In this document: positions 1 through 12,015 of the stretch, in pieces
Layout of the letters: each line of letters opens with the position of its first letter
Numbering within the stretch: the first letter of the stretch is position 1
From: Escherichia coli
GTDB lineage: Bacteria > Pseudomonadota > Gammaproteobacteria > Enterobacterales > Enterobacteriaceae
Strand: one strand, 5' to 3'
Assembly: GCF_003790525.1 (NCBI RefSeq)
Contig: NZ_CP033635.1
Length of the DNA: 64,000 nt
The notes under the pieces: generated by a model
The model's input: only the letters and a program-made list of their open reading frames with translations
Told to the model about the DNA's origin: nothing
Databases searched by the model: none
Position numbers and translations under genes: made by a program

Positions 1-685
1 AGACGTTGAAAGCGATAAGCCAGATAGTTTTGTCTTTCAGCACCGAGGTCATACTGGTGTTTTTCGATGCTCCGTCTTCTTTTTTCACCTCAACGGACGG
101 TGCCTCTTCTTTGTCATTCAGAACAAAGAAAATGATAATGCCTACGGCAATCACAATAAGGGAATAGAACCAGATGCCTGCTTTAAAACCCAATAAGCCA
201 CTGCCAAACCAGGTAAATACTGCCAACGCAGAAAATGCCACCACGGTATCGACAATGCCACGCCCTGTTTCGAAGAAGCCAAACAACCGACCTTGTTGTT
301 CGCTATTGCCCAATCGACTTACCGACTTGAGCAAGACCGGCCAGTTCATCATGTCGCAAGTAACGCCAAATAGCGCCCAGACAAAGAGGATGCCCCAATA
401 CCCCGGCATTGTCGTCAAATAAACACCCAGTAATCCTGTCGCAATGAGTGAGAATGACATGGTGTATCTGCGCGGTAGTTTATCGGCAAAATAAATAGAC
501 AGAAAAAAGCCCACTGTCGTGACAAATGAGTTTACCGACATAGCATTACCAATTTGACCATTGGTCAAATGGAAATATTCCTGCATCGGGATATAAAACG
601 CATCTTTCAGCGACGGTAATTTATAAATTGTACCGCCACACAGTGTTAATAGACTAAATAACGCCCATTTCTTTTTCGTGAGCAT
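1..685 (-). CDS. yihN: MFS-type transporter, N-terminal part; gene continues past window start
   Basis: Manual minus-strand translation from ATG (complement of 683-685) gives MLTKKKWALFSLLTLCGGTIYKLPSLKDAFYIPMQEYFHL..., hydrophobic, open to position 1. Lies next to yihM/yihL as in E. coli. Confidence 0.7.
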   Translation of the reverse strand, partial: MLTKKKWALFSLLTLCGGTIYKLPSLKDAFYIPMQEYFHLTNGQIGNAMSVNSFVTTVGFFLSIYFADKLPRRYTMSFSLIATGLLGVYLTTMPGYWGILFVWALFGVTCDMMNWPVLLKSVSRLGNSEQQGRLFGFFETGRGIVDTVVAFSALAVFTWFGSGLLGFKAGIWFYSLIVIAVGIIIFFVLNDKEEAPSVEVKKEDGASKNTSMTSVLKDKTIWLIAFNV

Positions 686-786
686 AACATCCCCTAAGCG
701 ATTTTTAAAATCACTGTTTTAAAGGCAATAAGATACCGACCATTCATATGGAATGGTTTTATTAACAGCGTATGAGTTAAAACTTA

Positions 787-1767
787 TTAGTGGTTCAGAA
801 GATGGTTTGCCTCTTGTTTGATTTGTTGTAGTACGTTACGCACATGATTTATCTGATTAATTGCATCTTCTTTTTCTTTACGTAACCGCGCATCCAGTAA
901 ATGATTTTCTGGCAATGGTGTTTCACTCATCTGGCGATAAGGGATCCACGGATTATCATCTTCGTCTTCAAAGCGGAACGCCGGCGCATAGTAATCAACC
1001 TCTTCTTCCAGGCCATATGCCGTCACCTGCGGCTCATCATCACCCAGGCAGATAAGGTGCGTTAATAACGCTTTGAACGGCATATCACCCTGACCTGAAA
1101 TACAGGCTTTATGACCCAGGCCACCCTCTTCTTTAACGATCAAGGCATCTTTGATATGGACCTGGGTAATATGCGGTGCCATCGTTTTTAAAGCGTCGAT
1201 GGGATGCTCATTTGCATTGATCATGTTCGCAAAATCAAACAGTAAGGAAAGAGATTCCATCTCACTTTCTTTGACCAGCGACACCAGCTCATGGCTTTTT
1301 AAATCTTCATGCTGTTCGATCGTAAAAGTCAGGCCGCTGTCCTGATACGTTTCTCGTACATAGGCAATGTCGTTAGCGATAATCGATAATACATCGCGCA
1401 AATTACCTTCATAACGCGGATAAAAACGTACGGAGGATGCCCCAGTTTTCAACGCGATGGCGACGGCTTCGTCAATAGATTTTTTATCTGAGGCGCTGGT
1501 TTCAATATGAATATCAAGGTTCAGACGGCGGGCTTTATCCCCAAAGGCAGAGAGTTCTTTATCGTCCATATTACCAAGAGAAAAACGCTCTCCATCCAGA
1601 ACATGGATTTTGACGCCACGTAGATTATTTTCACTTGCGATATCAAGTAAATCAGCAGGCAACACTCTTTCCAGTCGCATATTTAAATGAAAGGCATAAG
1701 CATGTAAATAAAGAGGAAGAGTGTCGACACGTTGTAGAATCTTTCTTGCGTTATTTATTGTCACCAT
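787..1767 (-). CDS. yihM: Putative sugar-phosphate isomerase/epimerase
   Basis: 326-aa ORF in track; position between yihN and yihL matches K-12 order; assignment from memory of YihM. Confidence 0.75.
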   Translation of the reverse strand: MVTINNARKILQRVDTLPLYLHAYAFHLNMRLERVLPADLLDIASENNLRGVKIHVLDGERFSLGNMDDKELSAFGDKARRLNLDIHIETSASDKKSIDEAVAIALKTGASSVRFYPRYEGNLRDVLSIIANDIAYVRETYQDSGLTFTIEQHEDLKSHELVSLVKESEMESLSLLFDFANMINANEHPIDALKTMAPHITQVHIKDALIVKEEGGLGHKACISGQGDMPFKALLTHLICLGDDEPQVTAYGLEEEVDYYAPAFRFEDEDDNPWIPYRQMSETPLPENHLLDARLRKEKEDAINQINHVRNVLQQIKQEANHLLNH

Positions 1768-1774
1768 AAAACAC

Positions 1775-2485
1775 CTACAGATTAATGATGAGGTCTACGG
1801 CCTCAAATCGCCAATATTCAATATCTATCTGGACAATATTGCCCTGCTGGTCGGCGCGATGCTTTTCAATTAAGATCGCTGGCATACCCGCAGAACCGCC
1901 AAGATACTTGCTGATATCGCCCGGCATTCTGACGGGTTTGAAAATCAATTTTTTTACTACCGTCTCTTTTTGGTAGCACTTTTCCCAGACTGCAGAAAAT
2001 GAGTGGTTTTCAAGTTGTTCAATAAAACCCGGGGCAACTTCAGGATTAATATATGTTTCGTGATAGAAAACTTTATGTCCTTCCAGCGCCCCCCAGCCGG
2101 TGATGCGATAGAGTTCAGTTGATGGTGTCACTGCAATCAGTGGCGCGAGCGTCTCGGGAATATCGCTGGTACGGTTTTTCTCGGTAAACCCCCAGGAAGG
2201 CTCTCGTCCTTGCTCAATTGCGGCCCGCTGAAAGCTCGCTGACAGCTCCGGACTGTAATTAAATCGCGGCTGGGTCACGAACCACCCCTTACGATCCTTA
2301 CGGAAGATTTTGGATTCTGCCTCGAGGTTCAACAACGCCTGGCGCAGCGTCATACGTTTAATGCCCAGCAGTTCTCCCAGCTCTCTTTCTGAAGGGAGTT
2401 TTCCACCCGGCGTGGTGATGCCATCTTTCAACCACCGATCCAGTTTCTCTTTTGCATTTTCTACGGTGGATTGATTCTCCGCCAT
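1775..2485 (-). CDS. yihL: GntR-family transcriptional regulator
   Basis: 236-aa ORF; N-terminal HTH-like region (ELGELLGIKRMTLRQAL); position next to typA. Confidence 0.75.
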   Translation of the reverse strand: MAENQSTVENAKEKLDRWLKDGITTPGGKLPSERELGELLGIKRMTLRQALLNLEAESKIFRKDRKGWFVTQPRFNYSPELSASFQRAAIEQGREPSWGFTEKNRTSDIPETLAPLIAVTPSTELYRITGWGALEGHKVFYHETYINPEVAPGFIEQLENHSFSAVWEKCYQKETVVKKLIFKPVRMPGDISKYLGGSAGMPAILIEKHRADQQGNIVQIDIEYWRFEAVDLIINL

Positions 2486-2651
2486 TGTTTAATCCTTTTG
2501 GTTTAAACCAGATGAAGCATCTTACGCTTACGCCAAAAAAGAAAGCAATTAACGGTGTATGACTTTGCAGATAATTGTGACAAAGCTCTCTATTGACGTA
2601 ATCACAGACTTATAAGGGAGATACTCGCATTGGTGTGCGCTCACGACAGGT

Positions 2652-2684
2652 AAAAAAAAACCTGCCAGCGATGGCAGGTTTTTT
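2652..2684. terminator. Bidirectional rho-independent terminator downstream of typA
   Basis: Hairpin cctgccagcgatggcagg flanked by an A-run (2652-2660) and a T-run (2679-2684). Confidence 0.7.
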
Positions 2685-2701
2685 ATAACTAAAAAACGAA
2701 A

Positions 2702-4525
2702 TTAATCGTCTTTCGGTGCGCGGTTGGCGCGACGACGATCGTTTTCCGTCAGGTGACGTTTACGAATACGGATAGAGGTCGGAGTCACTTCTACCAGTTC
2801 GTCATCATCGATGAACTCCAGAGCTTGTTCCAGAGTCATGCGGATAGGCGGAACCAGAACAACGGCTTCGTCAGTACCGGAAGCACGCATGTTGGTCAGT
2901 TTCTTACCGGTCAGGCAGTTTACAGTCAGGTCGTTAGAGCGGCTATGAATACCGATAATCTGACCTTCGTAAACTTCTGCACCGTGACCGAGGAACAGCT
3001 TACCGCGATCTTGCAGACCGAACAGCGCGAACGCGACCGCTTTACCCTGACCGTTAGAGATCAGTACGCCGTTCTGACGCTGACCCACTTCACCCGGACG
3101 TACGTCGTCGTAGTGGCTGAAGGTGGAGTACAGCAGACCAGTACCGGAAGTCATGGTCATGAACTCAGAACGGAAGCCAATCAGACCACGGCTTGGGATC
3201 ACGTAGTCGAGACGTACGCGGCCTTTACCGTCTGGATTCATGTTTTTCAGGTCGCCTTTACGTTCGCCCAGCGCCTGCATTACAGAACCCTGATGCTGTT
3301 CTTCAACGTCCAGAGTCACGTTTTCATACGGCTCTTGTTTACGACCGTCGATTTCACGGAAGATAACTTTCGGACGGGATACCGCCAGTTCGAAACCTTC
3401 ACGACGCATGTTTTCGATCAGAACAGACAGGTGCAGTTCGCCACGACCAGAAACGCGGAACGCATCGGCGTCTTCGGTTTCTTCTACGCGCAGCGCAACG
3501 TTGTGTACCAGTTCTTTGTTCAGACGATCCAGGATCTGACGAGACGTTACGAACTTACCTTCTTTACCGCAGAACGGCGAGGTGTTAACGCAGAAGAACA
3601 TAGAAACGGTCGGCTCATCAACGGAGAGTGCCGGCAGCGCTTCAACGTTTTGCGTGTCGCAAACGGTGTCAGAAATGTTCAGTTCGCCAAGGCCCGTGAT
3701 CGCAACGATATCGCCAGCTTCCGCCAGATCGGTTTCGATACGTTCCAGACCGAGGTGGCCCAGCACTTTACCGACTTTCGCGTTGCGGGTTTTGCCTTCG
3801 CTATCGATGATAGTGACCTGCTGGTTCGGCTTCACTTTACCGCGCTTGATGCGGCCAATGCCGATAACGCCAACATAGCTGTTGTAATCGAGCTGAGAAA
3901 TCTGCATCTGGAACGGACCGTCAAGGTCAACGTCCGGCGCAGGAACGTGGTCAACAATCGCCTGGTACAGCGGGGTCATGTCTTCCGCCATATCTTCGTG
4001 GTCCAGACCCGCGATACCGTTCAGCGCAGAAGCGTAAACGATCGGGAAGTCCAGCTGCTCGTCGGTCGCGTCGAGGTTAACGAACAGATCGAATACCTGA
4101 TCCACAACCCAATCAGGACGCGCGCCAGGGCGGTCAACTTTGTTGATAACAACAATCGGCTTCAGGCCGTAAGCAAACGCTTTTTTGGTTACGAAGCGCG
4201 TTTGCGGCATCGGGCCGTCAAATGCGTCAACCACCAGCAGCACTGAATCTACCATGGACATTACACGTTCAACTTCACCACCGAAGTCGGCGTGCCCCGG
4301 GGTATCAACGATGTTGATACGGTAATCATTCCATTTGATAGCGGTGTTTTTCGCGAGGATGGTAATCCCACGCTCTTTCTCCAAATCGTTGGAGTCCATC
4401 ACGCGCTCTTGGGTTTCGGCACGAGAGTCGAACGTACCGGATTGTTGGAGCAGCTTGTCTACCAGGGTGGTTTTACCATGGTCTACGTGCGCGATGATGG
4501 CGATATTACGCAATTTTTCGATCAC
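2702..4525 (-). CDS. typA: Ribosome-associated translational GTPase BipA/TypA
   Basis: 607-aa ORF beginning [26 protein letters not shown] (G1 motif AHVDHGKTT); length and sequence match TypA. Confidence 0.95.
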   Translation of the reverse strand: MIEKLRNIAIIAHVDHGKTTLVDKLLQQSGTFDSRAETQERVMDSNDLEKERGITILAKNTAIKWNDYRINIVDTPGHADFGGEVERVMSMVDSVLLVVDAFDGPMPQTRFVTKKAFAYGLKPIVVINKVDRPGARPDWVVDQVFDLFVNLDATDEQLDFPIVYASALNGIAGLDHEDMAEDMTPLYQAIVDHVPAPDVDLDGPFQMQISQLDYNSYVGVIGIGRIKRGKVKPNQQVTIIDSEGKTRNAKVGKVLGHLGLERIETDLAEAGDIVAITGLGELNISDTVCDTQNVEALPALSVDEPTVSMFFCVNTSPFCGKEGKFVTSRQILDRLNKELVHNVALRVEETEDADAFRVSGRGELHLSVLIENMRREGFELAVSRPKVIFREIDGRKQEPYENVTLDVEEQHQGSVMQALGERKGDLKNMNPDGKGRVRLDYVIPSRGLIGFRSEFMTMTSGTGLLYSTFSHYDDVRPGEVGQRQNGVLISNGQGKAVAFALFGLQDRGKLFLGHGAEVYEGQIIGIHSRSNDLTVNCLTGKKLTNMRASGTDEAVVLVPPIRMTLEQALEFIDDDELVEVTPTSIRIRKRHLTENDRRRANRAPKDD

Positions 4526-4677
4526 AACTTTGCCTCAGGCATTAGAAATAGCGCGTTATTGTACACGGATTAATCGCACTACAAAACAGGATCACAAACA
4601 TCCTCCGCAAACAAGTATTGCAGAGTCCCTTTGTGATCGCTTTCACGGAGCATAAAAAGGGTTATCCAAAGGTCATT

Positions 4678-4758
4678 GCACCAATATGGTGCTTAATGTT
4701 TCCATTGAAGCACTATATTGGTGCAACATTCACATCATGGTGCAGCCCTTTTGCACGA
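4678..4758 (+). promoter_or_regulatory. NtrC (NRI) enhancer sites upstream of glnA
   Basis: Dyads of type TGCACC-N-GGTGCA: tgcaccaatatggtgct (4678-4694), gcactatattggtgca (4710-4725), tggtgcagcccttttgcacga (4738-4758). Confidence 0.7.
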
Positions 4759-4797
4759 TGTTAAGCATGATAACGCCTTTTAGGGGCAATTTAAAAG

Positions 4798-4814
4798 TTG
4801 GCACAGTTTTCGCT
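4798..4814 (+). promoter_or_regulatory. Sigma-54 promoter glnAp2
   Basis: ttggcacagttttcgct: -24 GG / -12 GC spacing typical of sigma-54, about 85 nt upstream of the glnA ATG. Confidence 0.75.
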
Positions 4815-4897
4815 TTATCTTTTTTACGGCGACACGGCCAAAATAATTGCAGATTTCGTTACCACGACGACCATGACCAATCCAGGAGAGTTAAAGT

Positions 4898-6307
4898 ATG
4901 TCCGCTGAACACGTACTGACGATGCTGAACGAGCACGAAGTGAAGTTTGTTGATTTGCGCTTCACCGATACCAAAGGTAAAGAACAGCACGTCACTATCC
5001 CTGCTCATCAGGTGAATGCCGAATTCTTCGAAGAAGGCAAAATGTTTGACGGCTCCTCGATTGGCGGCTGGAAAGGCATTAATGAATCCGATATGGTGCT
5101 GATGCCAGACGCATCCACCGCAGTGATTGACCCGTTCTTCGCCGATTCTACCCTGATTATCCGTTGCGACATCCTTGAACCTGGCACCCTGCAAGGCTAT
5201 GACCGTGACCCGCGCTCTATTGCGAAGCGCGCCGAAGATTACCTGCGTTCTACTGGCATTGCCGACACCGTACTGTTCGGGCCAGAACCTGAATTCTTCC
5301 TGTTCGATGACATCCGTTTCGGATCGTCTATCTCCGGTTCCCACGTTGCTATCGACGATATCGAAGGTGCATGGAACTCCTCCACCCAATACGAAGGTGG
5401 TAACAAAGGTCACCGTCCGGCAGTGAAAGGCGGTTACTTCCCGGTTCCGCCGGTAGACTCTGCTCAGGATATTCGTTCTGAAATGTGTCTGGTGATGGAA
5501 CAGATGGGTCTGGTGGTTGAAGCCCATCACCACGAAGTAGCGACTGCTGGTCAGAACGAAGTGGCTACCCGCTTCAATACCATGACCAAAAAAGCTGACG
5601 AAATTCAGATCTACAAATATGTTGTGCACAACGTAGCGCACCGCTTCGGTAAAACTGCGACCTTTATGCCAAAACCGATGTTCGGTGATAACGGTTCCGG
5701 TATGCACTGCCACATGTCGCTGTCTAAAAACGGCGTCAACCTGTTCGCAGGCGACAAATACGCAGGTCTGTCTGAGCAGGCGCTGTACTATATTGGCGGC
5801 GTAATCAAACACGCGAAAGCGATTAATGCCCTGGCAAACCCGACCACCAACTCTTACAAGCGTCTGGTCCCGGGCTACGAAGCACCGGTAATGCTGGCTT
5901 ACTCTGCGCGTAACCGTTCTGCGTCTATCCGTATTCCGGTGGTTTCTTCTCCGAAAGCACGTCGTATCGAAGTACGTTTCCCGGACCCGGCGGCTAACCC
6001 GTACCTGTGTTTTGCTGCCCTGCTGATGGCCGGTCTTGACGGTATCAAGAACAAGATCCATCCGGGCGAAGCCATGGACAAAAACCTGTATGACCTGCCG
6101 CCGGAAGAAGCGAAAGAGATCCCACAGGTTGCTGGTTCTCTGGAAGAAGCACTGAACGAACTGGATCTGGACCGCGAGTTCCTGAAAGCCGGTGGCGTGT
6201 TCACTGATGAAGCGATCGATGCGTACATCGCTCTGCGTCGCGAAGAAGATGACCGTGTGCGTATGACTCCGCATCCGGTAGAGTTTGAGCTGTACTACAG
6301 CGTCTAA
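4898..6307 (+). CDS. glnA: Glutamine synthetase
   Basis: 469-aa [38 protein letters not shown]...; canonical GlnA. Confidence 0.97.
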
Positions 6308-6367
6308 TAGTTGAAGTTGTACTACCCGGCGCAACAACGCTGGGATTTAGTTGCCGTGGAAACTTTC

Positions 6368-6393
6368 AGCCCATCTCTGCATGGGCTTTTTTC
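6368..6393 (+). terminator. glnA rho-independent terminator
   Basis: Hairpin agcccatctctgcatgggct followed by TTTTTT. Confidence 0.7.
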
Positions 6394-6442
6394 TCCGTCA
6401 ATTCTCTGATGCTTCGCGCTTTTTATCCGTAAAAAGCTATAA

Positions 6443-6459
6443 TGCACTAAAATGGTGCA
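6443..6459 (+). promoter_or_regulatory. NtrC site overlapping the glnL promoter
   Basis: tgcactaaaatggtgca dyad about 25 nt upstream of the glnL start. Confidence 0.65.
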
Positions 6460-6480
6460 ACCTGTTCAGGAGACTGCTTT

Positions 6481-7530
6481 ATGGCAACAGGCACGCAGCC
6501 CGATGCTGGGCAGATCCTCAACTCGCTGATTAACAGTATTTTGTTAATTGATGACAATCTGGCGATCCATTACGCCAACCCCGCCGCGCAACAACTGCTC
6601 GCCCAAAGCTCCCGCAAATTGTTTGGTACGCCGTTACCGGAACTGTTGAGCTACTTCTCATTAAATATCGAGCTGATGCAAGAAAGTCTGGAGGCGGGGC
6701 AAGGCTTTACCGATAACGAAGTGACGCTGGTCATCGACGGGCGCTCGCATATCCTTTCTGTGACGGCTCAGCGTATGCCGGACGGCATGATCCTGCTGGA
6801 GATGGCACCGATGGATAACCAGCGCCGCTTAAGTCAGGAACAGCTACAGCACGCCCAGCAGGTTGCTGCCCGTGATTTAGTGCGCGGCCTGGCACATGAG
6901 ATTAAAAATCCGCTTGGCGGTTTACGTGGCGCGGCGCAGCTGCTCAGCAAAGCATTACCTGACCCGTCACTACTCGAATATACCAAAGTGATTATCGAAC
7001 AGGCGGACCGGCTGCGAAATCTGGTCGACCGTCTGTTGGGGCCGCAGCTGCCCGGTACGCGTATTACCGAAAGTATTCACAAAGTGGCTGAACGCGTGGT
7101 GACGCTGGTGTCGATGGAACTGCCGAGCAACGTGCGGTTGATTCGGGATTACGACCCCAGCCTGCCGGAACTGGCGCACGACCCGGATCAAATTGAACAG
7201 GTCTTGCTGAATATTGTGCGCAATGCGCTACAGGCGCTGGGGCCGGAGGGTGGTGAAATCATTCTGCGTACCCGCACCGCGTTTCAACTGACCTTACACG
7301 GCGAGCGTTATCGGCTGGCGGCGCGAATTGATGTGGAAGATAACGGGCCAGGTATTCCGCCTCATTTGCAGGATACGCTGTTTTACCCGATGGTCAGCGG
7401 CCGCGAAGGTGGCACCGGGCTTGGCTTATCCATCGCCCGTAATTTGATTGATCAGCATTCAGGCAAAATTGAATTTACCAGTTGGCCAGGTCATACCGAG
7501 TTCTCGGTTTACCTGCCTATCAGGAAATAA
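6481..7530 (+). CDS. glnL: Nitrogen-regulation sensor histidine kinase NtrB (NRII)
   Basis: 349-aa ORF with H-box ([12 protein letters not shown]) and ATPase motifs; directly follows glnA. Confidence 0.95.
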   Translation: MATGTQPDAGQILNSLINSILLIDDNLAIHYANPAAQQLLAQSSRKLFGTPLPELLSYFSLNIELMQESLEAGQGFTDNEVTLVIDGRSHILSVTAQRMPDGMILLEMAPMDNQRRLSQEQLQHAQQVAARDLVRGLAHEIKNPLGGLRGAAQLLSKALPDPSLLEYTKVIIEQADRLRNLVDRLLGPQLPGTRITESIHKVAERVVTLVSMELPSNVRLIRDYDPSLPELAHDPDQIEQVLLNIVRNALQALGPEGGEIILRTRTAFQLTLHGERYRLAARIDVEDNGPGIPPHLQDTLFYPMVSGREGGTGLGLSIARNLIDQHSGKIEFTSWPGHTEFSVYLPIRK

Positions 7531-7541
7531 AGGTGACGTTT

Positions 7542-8951
7542 ATGCAACGAGGGATAGTCTGGGTAGTCGATGACGATAGTTCCATCCGTTGGGTGCTTGA
7601 ACGTGCGCTCGCTGGAGCGGGTTTAACCTGTACGACATTTGAGAACGGCGCGGAAGTACTGGAGGCGCTGGCGAGCAAAACGCCGGATGTGCTGCTTTCA
7701 GATATCCGTATGCCGGGAATGGACGGGCTGGCGCTGCTCAAGCAGATTAAACAGCGCCATCCGATGCTTCCGGTCATCATTATGACCGCACATTCCGATC
7801 TGGATGCTGCCGTCAGCGCCTATCAACAAGGGGCGTTTGATTATCTGCCCAAACCGTTTGATATCGACGAAGCCGTCGCGCTGGTTGAGCGCGCCATCAG
7901 TCATTACCAGGAACAGCAGCAGCCGCGTAATGTTCAGCTTAACGGCCCAACGACCGATATCATCGGCGAAGCGCCAGCCATGCAGGACGTGTTCCGTATT
8001 ATCGGTCGGCTTTCGCGTTCTTCTATTAGCGTGCTGATTAACGGCGAATCCGGCACCGGTAAAGAACTGGTCGCTCATGCCCTGCATCGCCACAGTCCGC
8101 GAGCCAAAGCGCCATTTATCGCGCTGAATATGGCTGCTATCCCGAAGGATTTGATCGAATCAGAACTGTTTGGTCACGAGAAAGGCGCATTTACCGGCGC
8201 GAATACCATTCGTCAGGGGCGTTTTGAACAGGCTGATGGCGGTACATTATTCCTCGATGAAATTGGCGATATGCCGCTGGATGTGCAGACGCGTTTGCTG
8301 CGCGTGCTGGCAGACGGTCAGTTTTATCGCGTTGGCGGCTATGCGCCGGTGAAAGTGGATGTGCGGATTATCGCTGCCACTCACCAGAATCTTGAACAGC
8401 GGGTGCAGGAAGGTAAGTTCCGTGAGGATCTGTTCCACCGCCTGAACGTTATCCGCGTTCATCTGCCGCCATTGCGTGAGCGTCGGGAAGATATTCCCCG
8501 TCTGGCACGCCATTTTTTACAGGTTGCCGCGCGCGAACTGGGCGTAGAAGCGAAGTTGCTGCATCCGGAAACCGAAGCCGCGCTGACGCGCCTGGCGTGG
8601 CCAGGCAACGTGCGCCAGCTGGAAAACACCTGTCGCTGGCTAACGGTGATGGCCGCCGGGCAGGAAGTGTTGATTCAGGATTTGCCCGGTGAACTGTTTG
8701 AATCAACGGTTGCGGAGAGTACTTCGCAAATGCAACCGGACAGTTGGGCGACACTTTTAGCGCAGTGGGCAGACAGAGCGCTGCGTTCCGGTCATCAAAA
8801 CCTGCTTTCCGAAGCGCAGCCTGAGCTGGAGCGGACGTTACTGACGACCGCGTTGCGACATACGCAGGGGCATAAACAGGAAGCGGCGCGGCTACTCGGC
8901 TGGGGCCGCAACACCCTGACGCGTAAGTTAAAAGAGCTAGGGATGGAGTGA
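7542..8951 (+). CDS. glnG: Sigma-54-dependent response regulator NtrC (NRI)
   Basis: Start taken at ATG 7542 ([14 protein letters not shown]); receiver domain, AAA+ GESGTGKE and GAFTGA motifs present. The track ORF starts further upstream at 7482, inside glnL. Confidence 0.95.
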   Translation: MQRGIVWVVDDDSSIRWVLERALAGAGLTCTTFENGAEVLEALASKTPDVLLSDIRMPGMDGLALLKQIKQRHPMLPVIIMTAHSDLDAAVSAYQQGAFDYLPKPFDIDEAVALVERAISHYQEQQQPRNVQLNGPTTDIIGEAPAMQDVFRIIGRLSRSSISVLINGESGTGKELVAHALHRHSPRAKAPFIALNMAAIPKDLIESELFGHEKGAFTGANTIRQGRFEQADGGTLFLDEIGDMPLDVQTRLLRVLADGQFYRVGGYAPVKVDVRIIAATHQNLEQRVQEGKFREDLFHRLNVIRVHLPPLRERREDIPRLARHFLQVAARELGVEAKLLHPETEAALTRLAWPGNVRQLENTCRWLTVMAAGQEVLIQDLPGELFESTVAESTSQMQPDSWATLLAQWADRALRSGHQNLLSEAQPELERTLLTTALRHTQGHKQEAARLLGWGRNTLTRKLKELGME

Positions 8952-9062
8952 TTCACGGCTTGTGAGTAAAGATTGATTATTGAGCGCAAATTGCTGGTAT
9001 TTTGCGCTTTACTGTTCCGATAAGTTCAGTATGATCTTGCCCGGAAAACGGGGAGAGTCATT

Positions 9063-9173
9063 ATGCTGGAATCAATAATTAATCTGGTATCGAGTGGCGC
9101 AGTTGACAGCCACACACCACAAACTGCCGTTGCTGCCGTGCTGTGTGCCGCGATGATTGGGCTGTTTAGTTGA
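9063..9173 (+). CDS. yshB: Small protein (36 aa)
   Basis: ATG at 9063 preceded by gggga; translates MLESIINLVSSGAVDSHTPQTAVAAVLCAAMIGLFS; matches my memory of the small ORF between glnG and hemN. Confidence 0.5.
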   Translation: MLESIINLVSSGAVDSHTPQTAVAAVLCAAMIGLFS

Positions 9174-9205
9174 GTTTCAGATTGCTGATGAAGTGCTCTT
9201 TGTTC

Positions 9206-9295
9206 ATGCCGGATGCGGCGTGAACGCCTTATCCGGCCTGCAAAAGCAATATTTTCAACAGGTTTTGTAGGCCTGATAAGCGTAGCGCATCAGGC
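9206..9295. repeat. REP (repetitive extragenic palindrome) pair
   Basis: gccggatgcggcgtgaacgccttatccggcc and aggcctgataagcgtagcgcatcaggca, typical REP consensus. Confidence 0.8.
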
Positions 9296-9362
9296 AATCT
9301 TGTTCTCAGCACATTGATGGCGCTTTCGTTTTCTACTTTGTAAACGAAGCGCCATTCACTAT

Positions 9363-10736
9363 TTAAATCACCCGTGAGAACTGCTGCATCCGCGCTTTCT
9401 GGCGCAGATAGGTATCAAAGCACATGCAAATGTTGCGGATCAGCAAGCGACCTTTCGCCGTCACCTGAATCCCCTTCTCATCCACATCCACCAGCCCATC
9501 TTTTGCTAACGGGGCGAGCAGCTTGAGATCTTCCGCAAAGTAATCAGCGAAGTGCAAATCCCACTGTTGCTCAATGGGAGCGTAATCCAGACGGAAGTTG
9601 CAGATGAGCGACTTAATCACATCGCGGCGAATACAGTCATCACGCGTTAGCGCAATACCACGCCACAGCGCGTTGCCTTGTTCATCCACTTGCTGATAGT
9701 AGTGCTTCAACTCTTTCTGGTTCTGCGCGTAGCAGTCGCCAATCATACTGATGGCGGAAACGCCCATCCCCAGCAGATCGGTATCGCCCTGAGTGGTGTA
9801 GCCCTGGAAGTTACGATGCAGCACGCCTTCACGCTGGGCCACCGCCAGCTCGTCATCCGGGCGGGCAAAGTGATCCATCCCGATAAACTGATAGCCCGAT
9901 TGCGTCAGGAAGGCAATGGTTTCCTGCAGGATATCGAGTTTTTGCTGCGGACTCGGCAGGTCAGCATCTTTGATTTTGCGCTGAGCAGCAAAAATGGTCG
10001 GCAAATGCGCGTAGTTAAAGACGCTCAGACGATCGGGGTTCAGCTCCGCCACACGTTTCAGGGTAAAGGCAAAACTTTCCGGCGTCTGTTTCGGCAGACC
10101 GTAAATCAGGTCGATGTTGGTGGAGGTAAAGCCAATCTCACGCGCATGGTTAAGCAGTGCAAAGATGAACTCTTCATCCTGCTCGCGGTTAACCAGACGC
10201 TGTACTTCTTTGTTGAAGTCCTGCACGCCCATGCTCAGGCGATTAAAGTCCTCGGCGCGTAAATGATCGAGTACATCCAGTTCGATTTCGCGCGGATCGA
10301 CTTCGATCGAAATCTCCGCATCGGCATTGAACTGGAAGTTTTCGCGCAGCAGCTTCATCAGACGGCTGATTTGCGCTTTGTTCAGATACGTCGGCGTACC
10401 ACCGCCCCAGTGCAGCTGGCTCACCTTGCGCCCGGCAAAAAGCGGTGCACGATGGACGATTTCTTGCTCCAGCGCGTCCAGATACTGATCGGCCTTGTGC
10501 TGCTGGCGAGTAACTATCTTATTGCAACCGCAGAAGTAACAAAGCTTATGGCAGAACGGAATATGTACGTAGAGAGATAATGGACGCTCAGGATAGCGCG
10601 CCACGGCTTGTAAAAACGCCTGTTCGCCGAAGTCTTCTGAAAACTCCAGCGCGGTCGGGTACGAGGTGTATCGTGGCCCGGAATAGTTATATTTCTGGAT
10701 CAGGGCCAGATCCCAGTCGATTTGCTGTACAGACAT
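9363..10736 (-). CDS. hemN: Oxygen-independent coproporphyrinogen III oxidase (radical SAM)
   Basis: ORF ...MSVQQIDWDLALIQKYNYSGPRYTSYPTALEF... with CxxxCxxC (CHKLCYFCGC); start taken at the second Met. Confidence 0.93.
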   Translation of the reverse strand: MSVQQIDWDLALIQKYNYSGPRYTSYPTALEFSEDFGEQAFLQAVARYPERPLSLYVHIPFCHKLCYFCGCNKIVTRQQHKADQYLDALEQEIVHRAPLFAGRKVSQLHWGGGTPTYLNKAQISRLMKLLRENFQFNADAEISIEVDPREIELDVLDHLRAEDFNRLSMGVQDFNKEVQRLVNREQDEEFIFALLNHAREIGFTSTNIDLIYGLPKQTPESFAFTLKRVAELNPDRLSVFNYAHLPTIFAAQRKIKDADLPSPQQKLDILQETIAFLTQSGYQFIGMDHFARPDDELAVAQREGVLHRNFQGYTTQGDTDLLGMGVSAISMIGDCYAQNQKELKHYYQQVDEQGNALWRGIALTRDDCIRRDVIKSLICNFRLDYAPIEQQWDLHFADYFAEDLKLLAPLAKDGLVDVDEKGIQVTAKGRLLIRNICMCFDTYLRQKARMQQFSRVI

Positions 10737-10924
10737 GCTCACTCCTTCCGATGGCGTCTCTGGCGGCTACGGCGTACCGGCGGATGCCCGTTTCGGGTCA
10801 TCAGCCGGTTGCGCAGCCACTTTTGTCGCCGCGACAACCGCTGTAGTTTAACGAATAACCACACCAGATAACATATAACCGGAAGGGTTATCAGCAGAAC
10901 GGGAAGGCCCACGGCGGCAATCCG

Positions 10925-11434
10925 TTAGTTGCCCCGCAGCAGACGCATCATGTCTTCTTGCTTCTCGTCTTCTTCCTCTTCTTCGTCATCGTCATAAGAG
11001 AGGCCGAGTTTCTGCATCAACTCATCAATACGATCCAGTTTAGCATCCACCCAGGATTGCTCTTCGGCGCTCAGGGTTTCGCCTGCTTCCAGACGTTCCA
11101 GCAGCGCATCCAGACGCTCATCCGTTTCCAGTAATTCCAACTCCGCCTGCGGTGAAAGCATAGGTTTCTCACTCTTCGGTTTGTGCTGTTTGGTGACTTT
11201 TTCAGTCACGCCCAATGGAATAGGGGTTTTACTGCCAATACGTGGATCTTTTGGTGCGTTCTGGCCTTTGCTGCCTGACGAGGTGTTACCGCCCGCTGCG
11301 CGGCTGCCCGGCGCATGACCACGACGTTTTTTCTGACGCTTACGGTCACGAGCTTCCTGATCCAGCTCCTCGCGTGTTTTTCGACGCGCTTTTGCATGAC
11401 CTTTGCTGCGTGAGTTTGAAGATGATGGTTTCAT
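10925..11434 (-). CDS. yihI: Der GTPase-activating protein YihI
   Basis: Basic N-terminus and acidic C-terminus ([22 protein letters not shown]); start taken at [11 protein letters not shown]. Confidence 0.85.
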
Positions 11435-11502
11435 AATGGTTCGTCTTTTAGCCGTTTTATTCAGTATAGATTTGCGGCGGAATCTAACAGAAAGCAAGCA
11501 AA

Positions 11503-11745
11503 GAAAAAAGGCGACAGATTACTCTGTCGCCTTTTTTCCTGACTCATAACCCTTAACGGGTCTTACAATCCTTGCAGGCCGCCAACACACCCTGTTTTTC
11601 CATTAGCCGGAACAATCCGTGTTGATTCCATTTCCGTTTAATTACGTCTCCGGACGTTTGTCTTCCTGACAATCCTCTGTCTTCGCCTCCTGGCGCTCCT
11701 GACCCTCATCCTGAGTCATTGTTCCTGTTAGCGTCCTCGCTCTAT
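11503..11745 (-). ncRNA. csrC: CsrC sRNA (CsrA-sequestering)
   Basis: Minus-strand sequence carries many GGA motifs (caggatgagggtcaggagcgccaggaggcgaagacagaggattgtcaggaaga...) and ends in the hairpin ggcgacagagtaatctgtcgcc plus a T-run; sits between yihI and engB. Ends approximate. Confidence 0.7.
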
Positions 11746-12015
11746 GGGTGCTACTTTACGCCTTTGCTTTAAACAAACAATCAACCGCCATCAGTATTTG
11801 CACATTTTCAGAGTTTTATATAAAAGCAATTAACTGATTTATATAGCTTATTTGACATGCGTCGCAGAATTTTCTCTGCTATTTCGCATAAAGACTATCG
11901 GCAATGTCTCACAAAGCGTATGGCTTTTACTTACAACGCTCACGCCGAAAAATCCGCCTTTTATTATGGTTCAGGTATAATCGCCGCAAAGCTTTGACTG
12001 ACGGAGACGACCGCT

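Noticed and set aside
2753-4246. 497-aa plus-strand ORF
   Set aside because: Lies entirely antisense within typA; unusual amino-acid composition; shadow ORF of a highly expressed GC-biased gene.
4859-6337. 492-aa minus-strand ORF
   Set aside because: Antisense to glnA, which is unambiguous on the plus strand; shadow ORF.
7482-7541. Upstream in-frame extension of glnG suggested by the ORF track
   Set aside because: The extension overlaps the glnL coding region; the ATG at 7542 gives the canonical [12 protein letters not shown]trC N-terminus.
10580-10846. 88-aa plus-strand ORF spanning the hemN start region
   Set aside because: Overlaps the hemN N-terminus antisense and its upstream region; no support as a gene.
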